Origin: Candidatus Saccharimonadota bacterium
GTDB lineage: Bacteria; Patescibacteriota; Saccharimonadia; Saccharimonadales; Saccharimonadaceae
Assembly (NCBI GenBank): GCA_014379635.1
Contig: JACMLL010000033.1
Span: 1-62,045 of the forward strand
Length of the DNA: 62,045 nt
Direction: 5' to 3'
Position 1 is the stretch's first letter, and each line of letters opens with the position of its first letter. Of the stretch, positions 28,184-38,039 are shown piece after piece. The position numbers were made by a program, and so were the translations under genes. The notes under the pieces were generated by a model. The model was not told the origin of the DNA. It saw nothing but the letters and a program-made list of their open reading frames with translations, and did no database searches.

Positions 28184-29818
28184 TTACTTCTGTGAACTTA
28201 CAACGATTACGACAAAGCTCGTGTCTACATCGACAACCACTGGTGGTGTTGTTGTTTTAATTATTGCTTTGGGATAAAATTCTTTCAACTTAGCGATAGT
28301 TGCCGTCTTTGAAGCATCAATTTGATATATTTCTATACCGTTATAGGTTCCTTCAGGAGCATTATCAACTGCGGAAATAATGAAGCCTTTAGCCCGAAGC
28401 CTGTCAGCCTGTGCCTGGCCGGCACCTTCAACGCCCGAACCGTTCAAGACGACAATGCCAGCTTTTTCGCGCGTCACAGGATTGCTTGAAAGAGTTTCGT
28501 CGATAAAGGCTCGAATATCATCGTAGTCAAAAATACCCGCGGACGGCATAACCACACTGGCGCCATTATAGTTACCTGATTTGACAACACTCTTGTCGTC
28601 ATCAAATAGGCTAATACTTTTAATATTGTCAGCTTTTATTTCAGCACCGAGCTTCATGAGTGTCTGAATTTCTCCGGTCTGGATATTCGTACGTAGGTTC
28701 TGACCAAGCGCGTCAATCAGACTAGTCACTTTCGAAAGGTTCGTTAGTGTACCGGTTGTGACGGCCTTTTCCTTCAGCGCAATAATAATCTTTTGTTGAT
28801 TCTTTTCGCGATCAAAGTTGGAGTTACCGAGGCCGTACGTTGGCGCAATGTCGCCGCGTGCCATTGCGAGGTAGAGGGCATGCGCCCCATCAAGATGATG
28901 GACGCCGTTCGTATACTTCACCAGATTGCACTTATATTTACAGCGCCAGTCAAAGTTTGTATCGTAAACACCAGGATCGCCATTGCTGCCTTGAATGTTA
29001 ACATCAACCCCACCCACTGCATCGACGGCATCTTTAATAACGGTATTATTAACGTGAATACCGTATTGAATATCAACGCCAACAATATCCCCAACAAAAG
29101 CTTGCGTTTGGCTCAGGCGCTCTTGTTCGGCGTCATTACTGCCGTAATTATCATTAACACAGTTAAAATATTCGTTAATCTTGCCCTCATAGCCGCTGTT
29201 GCAGGCCATACCGTATTTAACATACAAATCACGCGGAATACTAAACATATAAGCATTCTTTTTGGTTTGGTCGACGCTAAGCACCATCATCGAGTCGGTC
29301 AAAAACGCCCCACCGTGCCCAGGATCATCCTCTGATGTACCCAAAATAAGAAAATTACTACGGCCATCGCTATCTTGTTTTAGCGTTTGACTTTGCAAAA
29401 TATCGAAAATACTACCTCTAAAAATATTACCTCCAGCCAAGAATGTCTTGAAGGCCAGCCAGCCGGCTGCTATTACCCCTATGATAACGAGTGTAATGAA
29501 GAAACCTCTAAGAATTCGTCGCAACTTGCTGCGTGGTTGAGACTGCTTAGCCAGCCGACGACGTTGGCGACGGCTGATAGCTTTGGCTGGTGGCTCAGAC
29601 GTATCAATTTCACGAAGTGATTCGTCTATGTCCGATCGGCCTATCGCTTGGCTCGTGCGTGCCTCACCGACGCTTTGGCGGACGCGATTACCTGTATGTA
29701 GCGACCTGTTAACGGACCCAGCATTAGCTGATGGACGTTTGGTGCGATGGAAATCGCCCAATTGGCTGCCATTTCGCCTGGGGACAAATCCATCAATAGA
29801 TGGTCGTTTATTTTTCAT
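28184..29818 (-). CDS. LCP (LytR-CpsA-Psr) family cell-envelope glycopolymer transferase with a LytR_C-like C-terminal domain
   Basis: Basic cytoplasmic tail, one TM, and the LCP core FLILGTSEDD...TDSMMVLSVD...FSIPRDLYV. Confidence 0.85.
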   Translation of the reverse strand: MKNKRPSIDGFVPRRNGSQLGDFHRTKRPSANAGSVNRSLHTGNRVRQSVGEARTSQAIGRSDIDESLREIDTSEPPAKAISRRQRRRLAKQSQPRSKLRRILRGFFITLVIIGVIAAGWLAFKTFLAGGNIFRGSIFDILQSQTLKQDSDGRSNFLILGTSEDDPGHGGAFLTDSMMVLSVDQTKKNAYMFSIPRDLYVKYGMACNSGYEGKINEYFNCVNDNYGSNDAEQERLSQTQAFVGDIVGVDIQYGIHVNNTVIKDAVDAVGGVDVNIQGSNGDPGVYDTNFDWRCKYKCNLVKYTNGVHHLDGAHALYLAMARGDIAPTYGLGNSNFDREKNQQKIIIALKEKAVTTGTLTNLSKVTSLIDALGQNLRTNIQTGEIQTLMKLGAEIKADNIKSISLFDDDKSVVKSGNYNGASVVMPSAGIFDYDDIRAFIDETLSSNPVTREKAGIVVLNGSGVEGAGQAQADRLRAKGFIISAVDNAPEGTYNGIEIYQIDASKTATIAKLKEFYPKAIIKTTTPPVVVDVDTSFVVIVVSSQK

Positions 29819-29921
29819 GAATACTCATACCACTATACCTAATTTGGCCGATATTTTGAAGACCAAAAATCATAAGTAGCTTCTACCCCTCTCTATTGAA
29901 ATCGTGTATAGTTAATACCAC

Positions 29922-30521
29922 ATGGAAGCAACTTTTCTACAACGACATCCCTTCTTAAAAGATGTGCTTAATATTAGCGTATTTATTATTGCTGTATTAA
30001 TTGGTACCTTACTCATCAACACGTTCGTCTTTCGTAGTTTTAGCGTTATAGGCCCAAGCATGGAAACAACCCTCTATACAAACGACCGTTTGGTTGTCAA
30101 CCGTTTACCAATTACACTGGCTCAACTTCAGAATAAAACATATATTCCAGAGCGTGGCCAAGTTATTGTCTTTAAGAACCCCAACTACACTATCGGACTG
30201 GGCGATGAATATATCGTAAAGCGAGTTATCGCCTTTTCAGGAGAGCGCGTTGTCTTGAATAATGGACAATACACGGTCTACAATAGCCAGTTCCCGGAAG
30301 GCTTCAATCCTGACGATGCGAATCAAGGAGAACCCGGTAACCCCACCACCGGCGAAATTGATACAGTTGTCCCCCAAAACGAGCTGTTCGTATCTGGCGA
30401 TCACCGACAAGGCAGTTATTCGCTTGATTCGCGCAACGGCCTCGGAACCATTCCTTCCTATGACGTTGTCGGACCTGTCGGTCTGAGGATTTTTCCGTTC
30501 GATAAAATACGCGGCTTTTAA
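29922..30521 (+). CDS. lepB: Signal peptidase I
   Basis: GPSMETTLYTNDRLVVNR (catalytic Ser box), YIVKRVIAFSGERV (Lys box), and GDHRQGSYSLDSR. Confidence 0.92.
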   Translation: MEATFLQRHPFLKDVLNISVFIIAVLIGTLLINTFVFRSFSVIGPSMETTLYTNDRLVVNRLPITLAQLQNKTYIPERGQVIVFKNPNYTIGLGDEYIVKRVIAFSGERVVLNNGQYTVYNSQFPEGFNPDDANQGEPGNPTTGEIDTVVPQNELFVSGDHRQGSYSLDSRNGLGTIPSYDVVGPVGLRIFPFDKIRGF

Positions 30522-30610
30522 TCAAGTTTATCCAAAAAATATGCCTAAAACAGAAGAAAAACTATAGACTAGATCGCCCGACAGCGCAATAGTAATTACT
30601 AAGGCTTATA

Positions 30611-31795
30611 TCAACGCGAAACACGGAAACCAATTTGGGAACCAGTACTGTGTGGCGCATTGTACAAACCAAGCGCAAACACGCCAGCCCCGTTGCCATC
30701 GTATACGGTGCCTCCTCGAACGAAGCCGCGCGTGTTATAGCCACCGCTATTATTTTGCAGCTGACCAATTCCTTGAGCCGAACCCCAACTAGACGCAGCT
30801 GGCGTACCGTAACTCGGAGCGGCCAACGCCGGCATTCCATTCATCAAGAGGGTGTTCCACTCTTTCCAGTCGTACTGACCAGTCCCGTCACTCCGCGCCG
30901 GTTCGTTGCCGGTGATAGTGCCGGTTGTCCATTCCCAAACATTGCCAGCTAAATCCCAAATAACTTCACGGTTAGTTAGAGTCAGAGTACGGCGTTGATT
31001 AGAGGGGCTACTTTGGCCGGTGCCACTGTAGCCGTTGGTATCGTTTTGATCAGCCTCCAGAAGGTCGCCTGTCTCAGTATCGTTGTGCCCACTGTAAACA
31101 TACCCAGACCCGACCGCTCCGCCGCTCCAGTTACTAGCCACACTTACGACGTTATGGGCGATAGTCAGCCATTCAGCTTCAGAGATGAGGTGGCAGCCGG
31201 TACAGGCGGCCGAAGCGGTTGAAGTAGAGGTTGTTGTCTGAGAAATACTGACCCATGGCACGCCAGTAGCTTGGCTGGTGGCAACGCCGCTGACATTTTT
31301 GGCCTCGTACTTCATAGTACAGAAGTTGCTTGTGCCGAAAGTACTATTACCTGGTACGACAATAAAGCCGGCCGGACAGATGGTGCCGTTGGTCATAACT
31401 CCCGAACAGGTACCCTCAACTGGCGTTCCGTCACTGTTAATATTATAGTTACGGCCACTGTTCATAGCATTCAGACAGAAAGTCTGTGGGTTGACAGAGT
31501 TATTAACCTGAAAAGCAGTGTAGCTACTACCAGGACTAGCCTTCAAACAAATACTGTCCGCTACCGGAGTAGCGCTACAATCGTTAACTGTTGGATAAGT
31601 GCCGTTTTCAACCTGATATAACTTCAAGAGTTTCGAGGCATTGGTTAGGTCCGATGATAATGAGGCGACGGTGGCTTTTTGCTGAACGCCGCTATAGGCG
31701 ACAATCGTAACGGCAGCTAAGATACCAATAACAACAATAACAACGAGAAGTTCGACAATAGTAAAACCTGTTTGTTTTTCTGACGGTTTGCGCAT
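30611..31795 (-). CDS. Type IV prepilin-like protein fused to a C-terminal FGE-sulfatase (SUMF1/C-type-lectin-fold) domain
   Basis: Class III signal MRKPSEKQTG/FTIVELLVVIVVIGILAAV. The C-terminal half has FCTMKYEAK, HLISEAEWLTIA, GNVWEWT, RGG and a terminal GFRVSR. The ORF-track start at 31846 adds 17 non-leader residues. Confidence 0.85.
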   Translation of the reverse strand: MRKPSEKQTGFTIVELLVVIVVIGILAAVTIVAYSGVQQKATVASLSSDLTNASKLLKLYQVENGTYPTVNDCSATPVADSICLKASPGSSYTAFQVNNSVNPQTFCLNAMNSGRNYNINSDGTPVEGTCSGVMTNGTICPAGFIVVPGNSTFGTSNFCTMKYEAKNVSGVATSQATGVPWVSISQTTTSTSTASAACTGCHLISEAEWLTIAHNVVSVASNWSGGAVGSGYVYSGHNDTETGDLLEADQNDTNGYSGTGQSSPSNQRRTLTLTNREVIWDLAGNVWEWTTGTITGNEPARSDGTGQYDWKEWNTLLMNGMPALAAPSYGTPAASSWGSAQGIGQLQNNSGGYNTRGFVRGGTVYDGNGAGVFALGLYNAPHSTGSQIGFRVSR

Positions 31796-31895
31796 ACACG
31801 TAGTGTAACACTTCATTCGCTGGAGCCACAAGCGGCATTGAGCCATTAATTCAACGACTTACCACAAGTCTATTATAATGAGCCTGGAGTGTAAA

Positions 31896-32780
31896 TTACT
31901 TCTCCAAAAGCTTTTGAATCCGCCTGAAATCTTCATCACTGGCAAACTTAATTACAATCTGCCCTGCACCTTTTGTATTGGTTCGCACGCTGACATCGGT
32001 TGAAAAACGCGTAGCAATCCTTTTCGTGTCATCCTGGTACGGAGACTGGGCTGGAGCTTGCTTTGATTTATTGTCATGCGTTTGTTTAAGCTGAACAATG
32101 TATTGTTCAGTCCGGCGGGCGCTCCATTCCTGTTGAATAATTTGAGGTAATAACTTATTTATAAGTGCTTCGTCGAGCCCAATAAGGGGACGGACCTGGC
32201 CCTCGCTCACTTTTCTCTCAGCCAGTGCGGTGCGTACTGACATGGGCAATTTTAGTAGACGCAGCGTGTTACTGACTGCACTGATTGATTTTTTACCAAC
32301 CCGCTGCCCTATTTGTTCAAGTGTTAAATTAAATTGATCACGAAGCTTCATATAAGCCGTGGCTGTTTCGACAATATTCAAGTCACGTCGTTGCAAGTTT
32401 TCAATTAACGAAAGTTCTAATTTGTGCTGGCCGCTTAGCGTCCTGACTAACGCTGGAATCTTATCAAGACCAACCAGTTTTGCTGCTCGATAACGACGTT
32501 CCCCCGCTACAATCTGATAGCCACCCCTATAGGGAGTCACCACGATAGGCTGCAAAATACCATGCTCGGCAATCGATGCCGCCAAATCCTCAAGTGCGGC
32601 CTCTTCAAATTGACGGCGCGGTTGGTCAGGATCGGCCACAATCTCAGTCAGCTTAATATGACGCATCTCGCTCACCTTCTGATCCTGAGCGGCAGTTGGG
32701 TCAAATGACTCGTCCAGCAACTCTATCGGAATAAGCGATTCAAAACCGCGTCCAAGTCCTTTTTTATTAGATGTTGACAC
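31896..32780 (-). CDS. parB: Chromosome partitioning protein ParB
   Basis: GILQPIVV...GERRYRAAK ParB box and HTH region. Overlaps parA by 14 nt. Confidence 0.92.
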   Translation of the reverse strand: MSTSNKKGLGRGFESLIPIELLDESFDPTAAQDQKVSEMRHIKLTEIVADPDQPRRQFEEAALEDLAASIAEHGILQPIVVTPYRGGYQIVAGERRYRAAKLVGLDKIPALVRTLSGQHKLELSLIENLQRRDLNIVETATAYMKLRDQFNLTLEQIGQRVGKKSISAVSNTLRLLKLPMSVRTALAERKVSEGQVRPLIGLDEALINKLLPQIIQQEWSARRTEQYIVQLKQTHDNKSKQAPAQSPYQDDTKRIATRFSTDVSVRTNTKGAGQIVIKFASDEDFRRIQKLLEK

Positions 32781-33564
32781 GCGCTAGTACCTCCTTGGAA
32801 AGTGCTTTATAGGCTCTGGCACCTTTTGAAAATCTATCATACACACCAACAGGCAGACCATGACTTGGTGCTTCTGCCAGACGAATATTTCTAGGAATGG
32901 TCGTGTTAAATACCTTGCCCGGAAAATGCTTTTTAATTTCTTGGTGAACTTGACCGCTCAGTGTCGTACGGGAATCTATCATCGTTGGTAGTACGCCGAG
33001 TAGTTCCAAGGTTGGGTTCATCCCCTTCCGGACAAGTTTCATCGTTTCAAGCAGCTGTCCCAGACCCTCAAGGGCATAAAATTCAGCCTGTACCGGTAGC
33101 AGTACATAGGTTGCCGCAATCAAACCATTCACCGTCAGCAAGCTCAAGCTTGGTGGACTGTCAATAATAACGATATCGTAACCCTGTTGGCTTGCTTCAA
33201 TGGCAGCTTTTAAACGAGAAAATCGCCTATCGGCCTGCGCCAACTGCACTTCGGTATTAGCCAGCAGTGGCGTCGTAGGTGCCAAGTAGAGATTTTTATG
33301 TGCAGTCGGGATAACAATCTGATCGAGCGTCATTACTTCCATAACAACATCAGCCATCGTGCCTTGCAACAATTGTTTATCAATCCCCAGACCGCTCGTC
33401 GCATTACCCTGAGGATCAAAGTCAACAAGCAACGTCTTTTTGCCAGACTTCGCAATATAATACGCCAAGTTAACCGCGGTGGTTGTCTTGCCAACTCCAC
33501 CCTTTTGATTGGTCACTGAAATTACCGTCGCCACGTGTCTGTTTCCCTCTCTCTTTTGCCCCAT
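32767..33564 (-). CDS. parA: Chromosome partitioning ATPase ParA/Soj
   Basis: Deviant Walker A NQKGGVGKTT, and DFDPQGNATSG. Confidence 0.93.
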   Translation of the reverse strand: MGQKREGNRHVATVISVTNQKGGVGKTTTAVNLAYYIAKSGKKTLLVDFDPQGNATSGLGIDKQLLQGTMADVVMEVMTLDQIVIPTAHKNLYLAPTTPLLANTEVQLAQADRRFSRLKAAIEASQQGYDIVIIDSPPSLSLLTVNGLIAATYVLLPVQAEFYALEGLGQLLETMKLVRKGMNPTLELLGVLPTMIDSRTTLSGQVHQEIKKHFPGKVFNTTIPRNIRLAEAPSHGLPVGVYDRFSKGARAYKALSKEVLARVNI

Positions 33565-33582
33565 TATACCATGAGCATATAC

Positions 33583-33612
33583 AAAAATCCCCGCTGATTT
33601 GCGGGGATTTTT
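33583..33612 (-). terminator. Intrinsic terminator after rplU
   Basis: aaaaatccccgc-tgattt-gcggggattttt, a 12-bp stem with a U-run. Confidence 0.75.
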
Positions 33613-33617
33613 ACTAT

Positions 33618-33929
33618 TTACTGGTTGATTGAAGTAATTTCAATTTTTGAGTATTTTTGGCGATGTCCGTTTTCTTTGTGAACGCGCTTTTTTGATTTGT
33701 AGCGGATCACACGGATTTTTTCACCCTTTACGAGGTCGTCGATAACCGTTGCGGTTACCGTGACACCTTTGACAGTTGGCATACCAATGTGCGTTTTATC
33801 GCCGTCAATAACCAACAGTGCATCAAGCGTGAGCTCTTTTGTGCCTTCCTGGAGGAGGTCCACCAGTAGGGTCTCTTTTTCGGCGACAATAAATTGTTTG
33901 CCACCGATCTTAACGACTGCTTTTGTCAT
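33618..33929 (-). CDS. rplU: 50S ribosomal protein L21
   Basis: MTKAVVKIGGKQFIVAEKETLLVD, 103 aa. Confidence 0.93.
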   Translation of the reverse strand: MTKAVVKIGGKQFIVAEKETLLVDLLQEGTKELTLDALLVIDGDKTHIGMPTVKGVTVTATVIDDLVKGEKIRVIRYKSKKRVHKENGHRQKYSKIEITSINQ

Positions 33930-33994
33930 ATTGTTCCTTTAACGTTTAACTAATCAGTTGCTAATTGTAACAGATACAGGGGTTGAGTGCAAGA

Positions 33995-34378
33995 CTAGGC
34001 GTCGTGGTTGTTTTGTAAAGCGTCAATCCGACTGTGATCCAGTCCGTAATAATGCGCAATTTCGTGCCAAAGTGTGCGTTTGATTTGTTCAAAAAGCTGG
34101 GTTTCAGTCTGGACGACCGCCAAAATAGGATTCTTGAATAACGTAATCTTATCAGGTAGCACGAACGTATAGCCAGCTCCCCGCTTGGTCAGCGGTATGC
34201 CTTCGTACAAACCAAGTAAAATGTTCCCTTCGCCCAAATGAGCCTTGGCGCGCTGATGCTCGTCGGGGTCATCGGCGTAGACAATCACGACGTTGTTTAG
34301 GCCTTTGATATATTTCTGGGGCAGTTCGTCCATCGCGCGACTGATCAGTTGGTCGAATTCGTTGTCTGACAGATTCAT
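33995..34378 (-). CDS. Small zincin-like metallopeptidase (minimal MMP-like domain family)
   Basis: C-terminal HEIAHYYGLDH (HExxH). 127 aa and acidic. Confidence 0.7.
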   Translation of the reverse strand: MNLSDNEFDQLISRAMDELPQKYIKGLNNVVIVYADDPDEHQRAKAHLGEGNILLGLYEGIPLTKRGAGYTFVLPDKITLFKNPILAVVQTETQLFEQIKRTLWHEIAHYYGLDHSRIDALQNNHDA

Positions 34379-34408
34379 ATACTAAGTGTATAGGACTTTC
34401 GCGCTTTT

Positions 34409-34606
34409 CTATTCATCCGAAAAGGTAAACCATTCAGGATCTTCATGGATATCGTCGACGACATGATTCCAAAACGACTCGAGGCTCACTTCGTCAAGCT
34501 GTTCGTCGAGATCGATATCGTGTCGTTGTTGGTGCGCGGCAGAAATCTCATCTTCGTCAGATGATGAATCAATCGGCTGAAACTGGAGGTAATTAAGAAG
34601 TGGCAT
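34409..34606 (-). CDS. Hypothetical, very acidic small protein (65 aa)
   Basis: D/E-rich ORF co-directional with its neighbours. No family recognised. Confidence 0.45.
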   Translation of the reverse strand: MPLLNYLQFQPIDSSSDEDEISAAHQQRHDIDLDEQLDEVSLESFWNHVVDDIHEDPEWFTFSDE

Positions 34607-34700
34607 ATGTTTGTGTGTTTAGTGTTACTGTACCTATATTAGCACAAACATTATGTTTTGTCAATCAACTTACCTATTCGTCGTCGCTTAATGCGGTAGT

Positions 34701-35090
34701 TTACGCTCTTTTGCTAAGCAGCTGAATTGCAGAAGCAATGCCCCAGCCAATCAGCGTATAGACAAGTGCGGCGACCAGTGTTTCTAGCTCGAGGCGTGAT
34801 ACACCGGCTTGAAATTGACTGACCTGAAGCAGTCCTCTAAAGCCAGCCACAAACGGATCGGTAAGAGTATAAACAAAGTTGGCAAATTGATTCTCAAGAT
34901 TAGCGCCCAAAAGTGCCAGCACAACTCGCACCAATAGGAATGTCACGACTAAAGCTGTTATAAACCAAACTACACGTACCCCGCGATTAACGTGTTCGTC
35001 GCGTCCTTCATAATTTACCTTGCGAGTGACGACGCGCTGACCGTCACGGTCTTCTTGTTGTTCTGTGACCTGTTCAGTTGTATTAACCAT
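34701..35090 (-). CDS. YggT-family membrane protein with an N-terminal extension
   Basis: Two TM segments flank TLTDPFVAGFRGLL, which is YggT-like. The ATG at 35090 follows a GGGAGG Shine-Dalgarno sequence, and the ORF-track start at 35105 is TTG. Confidence 0.65.
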   Translation of the reverse strand: MVNTTEQVTEQQEDRDGQRVVTRKVNYEGRDEHVNRGVRVVWFITALVVTFLLVRVVLALLGANLENQFANFVYTLTDPFVAGFRGLLQVSQFQAGVSRLELETLVAALVYTLIGWGIASAIQLLSKRA

Positions 35091-35180
35091 CTGACTACCT
35101 CCCAATACTACTTAGGTTGTTGCATCCTAATTATACTACCAAACTCCTATTGCCGACTAGTGAGTCAGGTGTGGACTGTT

Positions 35181-38039
35181 TTAGGCTTTTTCCAAGGAAA
35201 GCGATAATACTGCGTCCCCGACCGTTACCGTCACTTGGTAACCATAGGTCTTAGTTGAAAGCGAGCGAGCCAATGTTTCAACAGCGATGACATCACTATG
35301 CTCGTCAATAGCTGTCTGAAGCTCATCGTTGTGGGTCACAAGGCTGAGCGCAATCCTGTCATCCACGTTCAGTCCTGCTTGTTTACGGGCGCTTTGGACG
35401 TGGCGGATAATCTCGCGAGACAGACCCTCACGCTTCAATTCTGGCGTGATTGCTAAATCAAGCCTCAGCTCATCACCTTGGAGTACGGTTTTAACATTCA
35501 GCTCTTCAGTCAAGATATCACTAAAATTTACAAACTCACCAAGTGTTGGCACGGTTACGCTCGCCAAAGGCTGACGAATCTTGAGACGTTCTTTGGCGCG
35601 AATGCTTAAAGCTTGATTCACATAATCCCGAACCGTTTCCATATCCTGAATAACAAGCTCGTTAATATATCCTGTTTTTGGCCAATCAAGTAAGTGAACA
35701 CTCTCTCCGCCTGTTAATTTCTGGTACAATTCTTCGGCCAAGAACGGTGTAAACGGTGCCAGTACTTGGCTAAGCTGAACAAGTATATAATGCAATGTTC
35801 TGTAGGCATTATTTTTATCGGTATCATCACCCGACTTCCAAAAGCGGCGGCGGCTGCGACGAACATACCAGTTACTGGCGTCTTCGATAAACGGTAAAAT
35901 TGGCTTGACGGCATTTGGAATATCGTACTCATCCATGTGCTTCTCAATGCTTTGGGTGAGCTGGTGAACGCGACTCACTATCCATTGGTCAAGCGGATTT
36001 TCAAGCTGCTTGGTCGGATCGGACATATCGCCCTTAAACTCCCAGCCGTCGACTTCAGCATACATTGTAAAGAAATCGTACATATTACCAACCATCGCCA
36101 GCTTGCGGTTGACGTCGGCAACTTCTTTATCCTGCAAGGCAAAGTCTTCACCGCTAAGAAGTGGACTTTGGAGTAGCAAGAAGCGTAGTGCATCGGCGCT
36201 ATATTCATCCATGAGCTCGTTTGGATCGGTGAAGTTACCATACGATTTACTCATCTTGCGACCATCGTTACCAGCAACGTTACCGGTCACAATAACGTTC
36301 TTGAAGGCATTCTTGCCAAACAACCCGATACTCACTGCATGTACATAGTAAAACCATGCACGAACCTGCCCGACATACTCGACGATAAAATCACCTGGGA
36401 AATTAGCTTCAAACTTTTCGACATTCTCGAACGGATAATGGAATTGCGCGAATGGCATACTACCCGCCTCAAACCAGCTATCTATCACTTTGTCGATGCG
36501 TGTATAGGTAACATCGTCGACATCAAAAGTAATGTCATCGACCCATGGGCGGTGATAATCGTCCAGTTCTCTGCCGCTTAACTCTTTGAGTTCAGCGTAG
36601 CTACCGACAACCTTAATATGTTCTTTGCCCGTCGCATCGATACCTTTCCAGACAGGCATCGCCGTCGCCCAAAAACGATCACGACTTAGGTTCCAGTCTG
36701 GCGCGGTCTGGACTGTCTTTTCGAACCGTCCGTGCTTGATGTGTGGCGGGAACCAATTGATATTTTCGGTATTTTCTTCGAGCATCTGCTGGCGCTGTCC
36801 ATCAATATCCATAAACCAACTGGGGTGAGCACGGTACATGAGTTTAGTGCCACAACGATGGCAATGCGGATAACTGTGGCGGATGTAATCAATTTTCCAG
36901 ACAACGCCTTGAGCGTGCAAGTCTTTGGCTATCGTCTTGTTAATATCCCAGACGTACTCGCCTTTCCACTGCCCCTCGGTAAAGTGACCGGTTTCATCGA
37001 TAGTATGAACTACCGGAATATTGAAGGTTTTCGCAAGATTAAAGTCTTCTTCACCGTATGCAGGGGCGAGATGAACAATACCTGTACCATCTTCCACACT
37101 GACGTAGTCGGCATCCCAAATTTCATGAGCATTCTCACCTCGATCATTAAACAATGGTTCGTATGTTTGATGAACAAGTTCATTACCCAGGAATGTGCGG
37201 ATCAAGTTATAGTCTAAAGCCTTATGTTTCTCGTCCGTTAATACTTTTCCGAGTAAGTCTTTTGCTAAAATCAAATGTTCACCATCTAACTCAACTTCAG
37301 CGTATTGTATATCGCCATTAACAGCGACCGCAGTATTTGCCGGTAATGTCCAAGGTGTTGTCGTCCAGGCAAGTAAATAAGCATCTCTGTCAGTTAATTT
37401 GAACTTTACGTAAACACTTGGATCGGTTACGTCCTGATAAGCGCCGCTATCCATGGTAACTTCGGCCTTACTGAGCGGCGTTGCGTCCTGCGTACAGTAC
37501 ATAAGGACCTTTTCGCCTTCGTAGATTTTACCCTTTTTATAGAGTTCCTTGAATGCCCACCAAACAGACTCCATATAATCTTTGTCCATGGTCTTGTATG
37601 ATCCTTGGAAGTCGACCCAGCGGCCAACCCGACTAATAGTATCTTCCCACAGCGAACTCGTCTGCACCATGTTTTCGCGAGCAGCAATAATATATTTTTC
37701 CAAACCGTAGTCAAGAACGTCTTGTTTACCTTTCAGGCCAAGTTTCTTTTCGGTGTACACCTCAGCTGGTAGCCCATGGCAGTCCCATCCCCAGACACGC
37801 TCCACCCGCTTACCTTTCATCGTCTGATAGCGCGGTATGGCGTCTTTAACGATACTCGAAAGAAGCGTTCCGTGATGGGGTACGCCGGTAATGAACGGAG
37901 GACCGTCATAAAAGACGTAGGCGTTATCCTTAGGACGTTGCTCAATTGATTTTTCGAACGTCTTGTTCGTTTTCCATTGTGCGACGATATCTTTTTCGTA
38001 GTCAACGGCACGGCGGCGAGTATTGGCTTTGAACTTCAT
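35181..38039 (-). CDS. ileS: Isoleucyl-tRNA synthetase
   Basis: HIGH-type PHHGTLLS, KMSKS, and a CP1 editing region. The ATG at 38039 is preceded by an AAAGGAAAC Shine-Dalgarno sequence, and the ORF-track start at 38063 is TTG inside the U-run. Confidence 0.95.
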   Translation of the reverse strand: MKFKANTRRRAVDYEKDIVAQWKTNKTFEKSIEQRPKDNAYVFYDGPPFITGVPHHGTLLSSIVKDAIPRYQTMKGKRVERVWGWDCHGLPAEVYTEKKLGLKGKQDVLDYGLEKYIIAARENMVQTSSLWEDTISRVGRWVDFQGSYKTMDKDYMESVWWAFKELYKKGKIYEGEKVLMYCTQDATPLSKAEVTMDSGAYQDVTDPSVYVKFKLTDRDAYLLAWTTTPWTLPANTAVAVNGDIQYAEVELDGEHLILAKDLLGKVLTDEKHKALDYNLIRTFLGNELVHQTYEPLFNDRGENAHEIWDADYVSVEDGTGIVHLAPAYGEEDFNLAKTFNIPVVHTIDETGHFTEGQWKGEYVWDINKTIAKDLHAQGVVWKIDYIRHSYPHCHRCGTKLMYRAHPSWFMDIDGQRQQMLEENTENINWFPPHIKHGRFEKTVQTAPDWNLSRDRFWATAMPVWKGIDATGKEHIKVVGSYAELKELSGRELDDYHRPWVDDITFDVDDVTYTRIDKVIDSWFEAGSMPFAQFHYPFENVEKFEANFPGDFIVEYVGQVRAWFYYVHAVSIGLFGKNAFKNVIVTGNVAGNDGRKMSKSYGNFTDPNELMDEYSADALRFLLLQSPLLSGEDFALQDKEVADVNRKLAMVGNMYDFFTMYAEVDGWEFKGDMSDPTKQLENPLDQWIVSRVHQLTQSIEKHMDEYDIPNAVKPILPFIEDASNWYVRRSRRRFWKSGDDTDKNNAYRTLHYILVQLSQVLAPFTPFLAEELYQKLTGGESVHLLDWPKTGYINELVIQDMETVRDYVNQALSIRAKERLKIRQPLASVTVPTLGEFVNFSDILTEELNVKTVLQGDELRLDLAITPELKREGLSREIIRHVQSARKQAGLNVDDRIALSLVTHNDELQTAIDEHSDVIAVETLARSLSTKTYGYQVTVTVGDAVLSLSLEKA

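Noticed and set aside
30611-30770. A complete DGR cassette (RT, Avd and template repeat) around the pilin-lectin gene.
   Set aside because: There is no reverse-transcriptase-like ORF (no YxDD motif protein) and no second copy of the 3' region that I could see within the window. Only the target-like scaffold is present, so it is reported as a hypothesis rather than a feature.
33520-33545. Possible parS near the parA start (contains CACGTG).
   Set aside because: The flanks do not match the TGTTNCACGTGAAACA arms, so only the central hexamer is shared.
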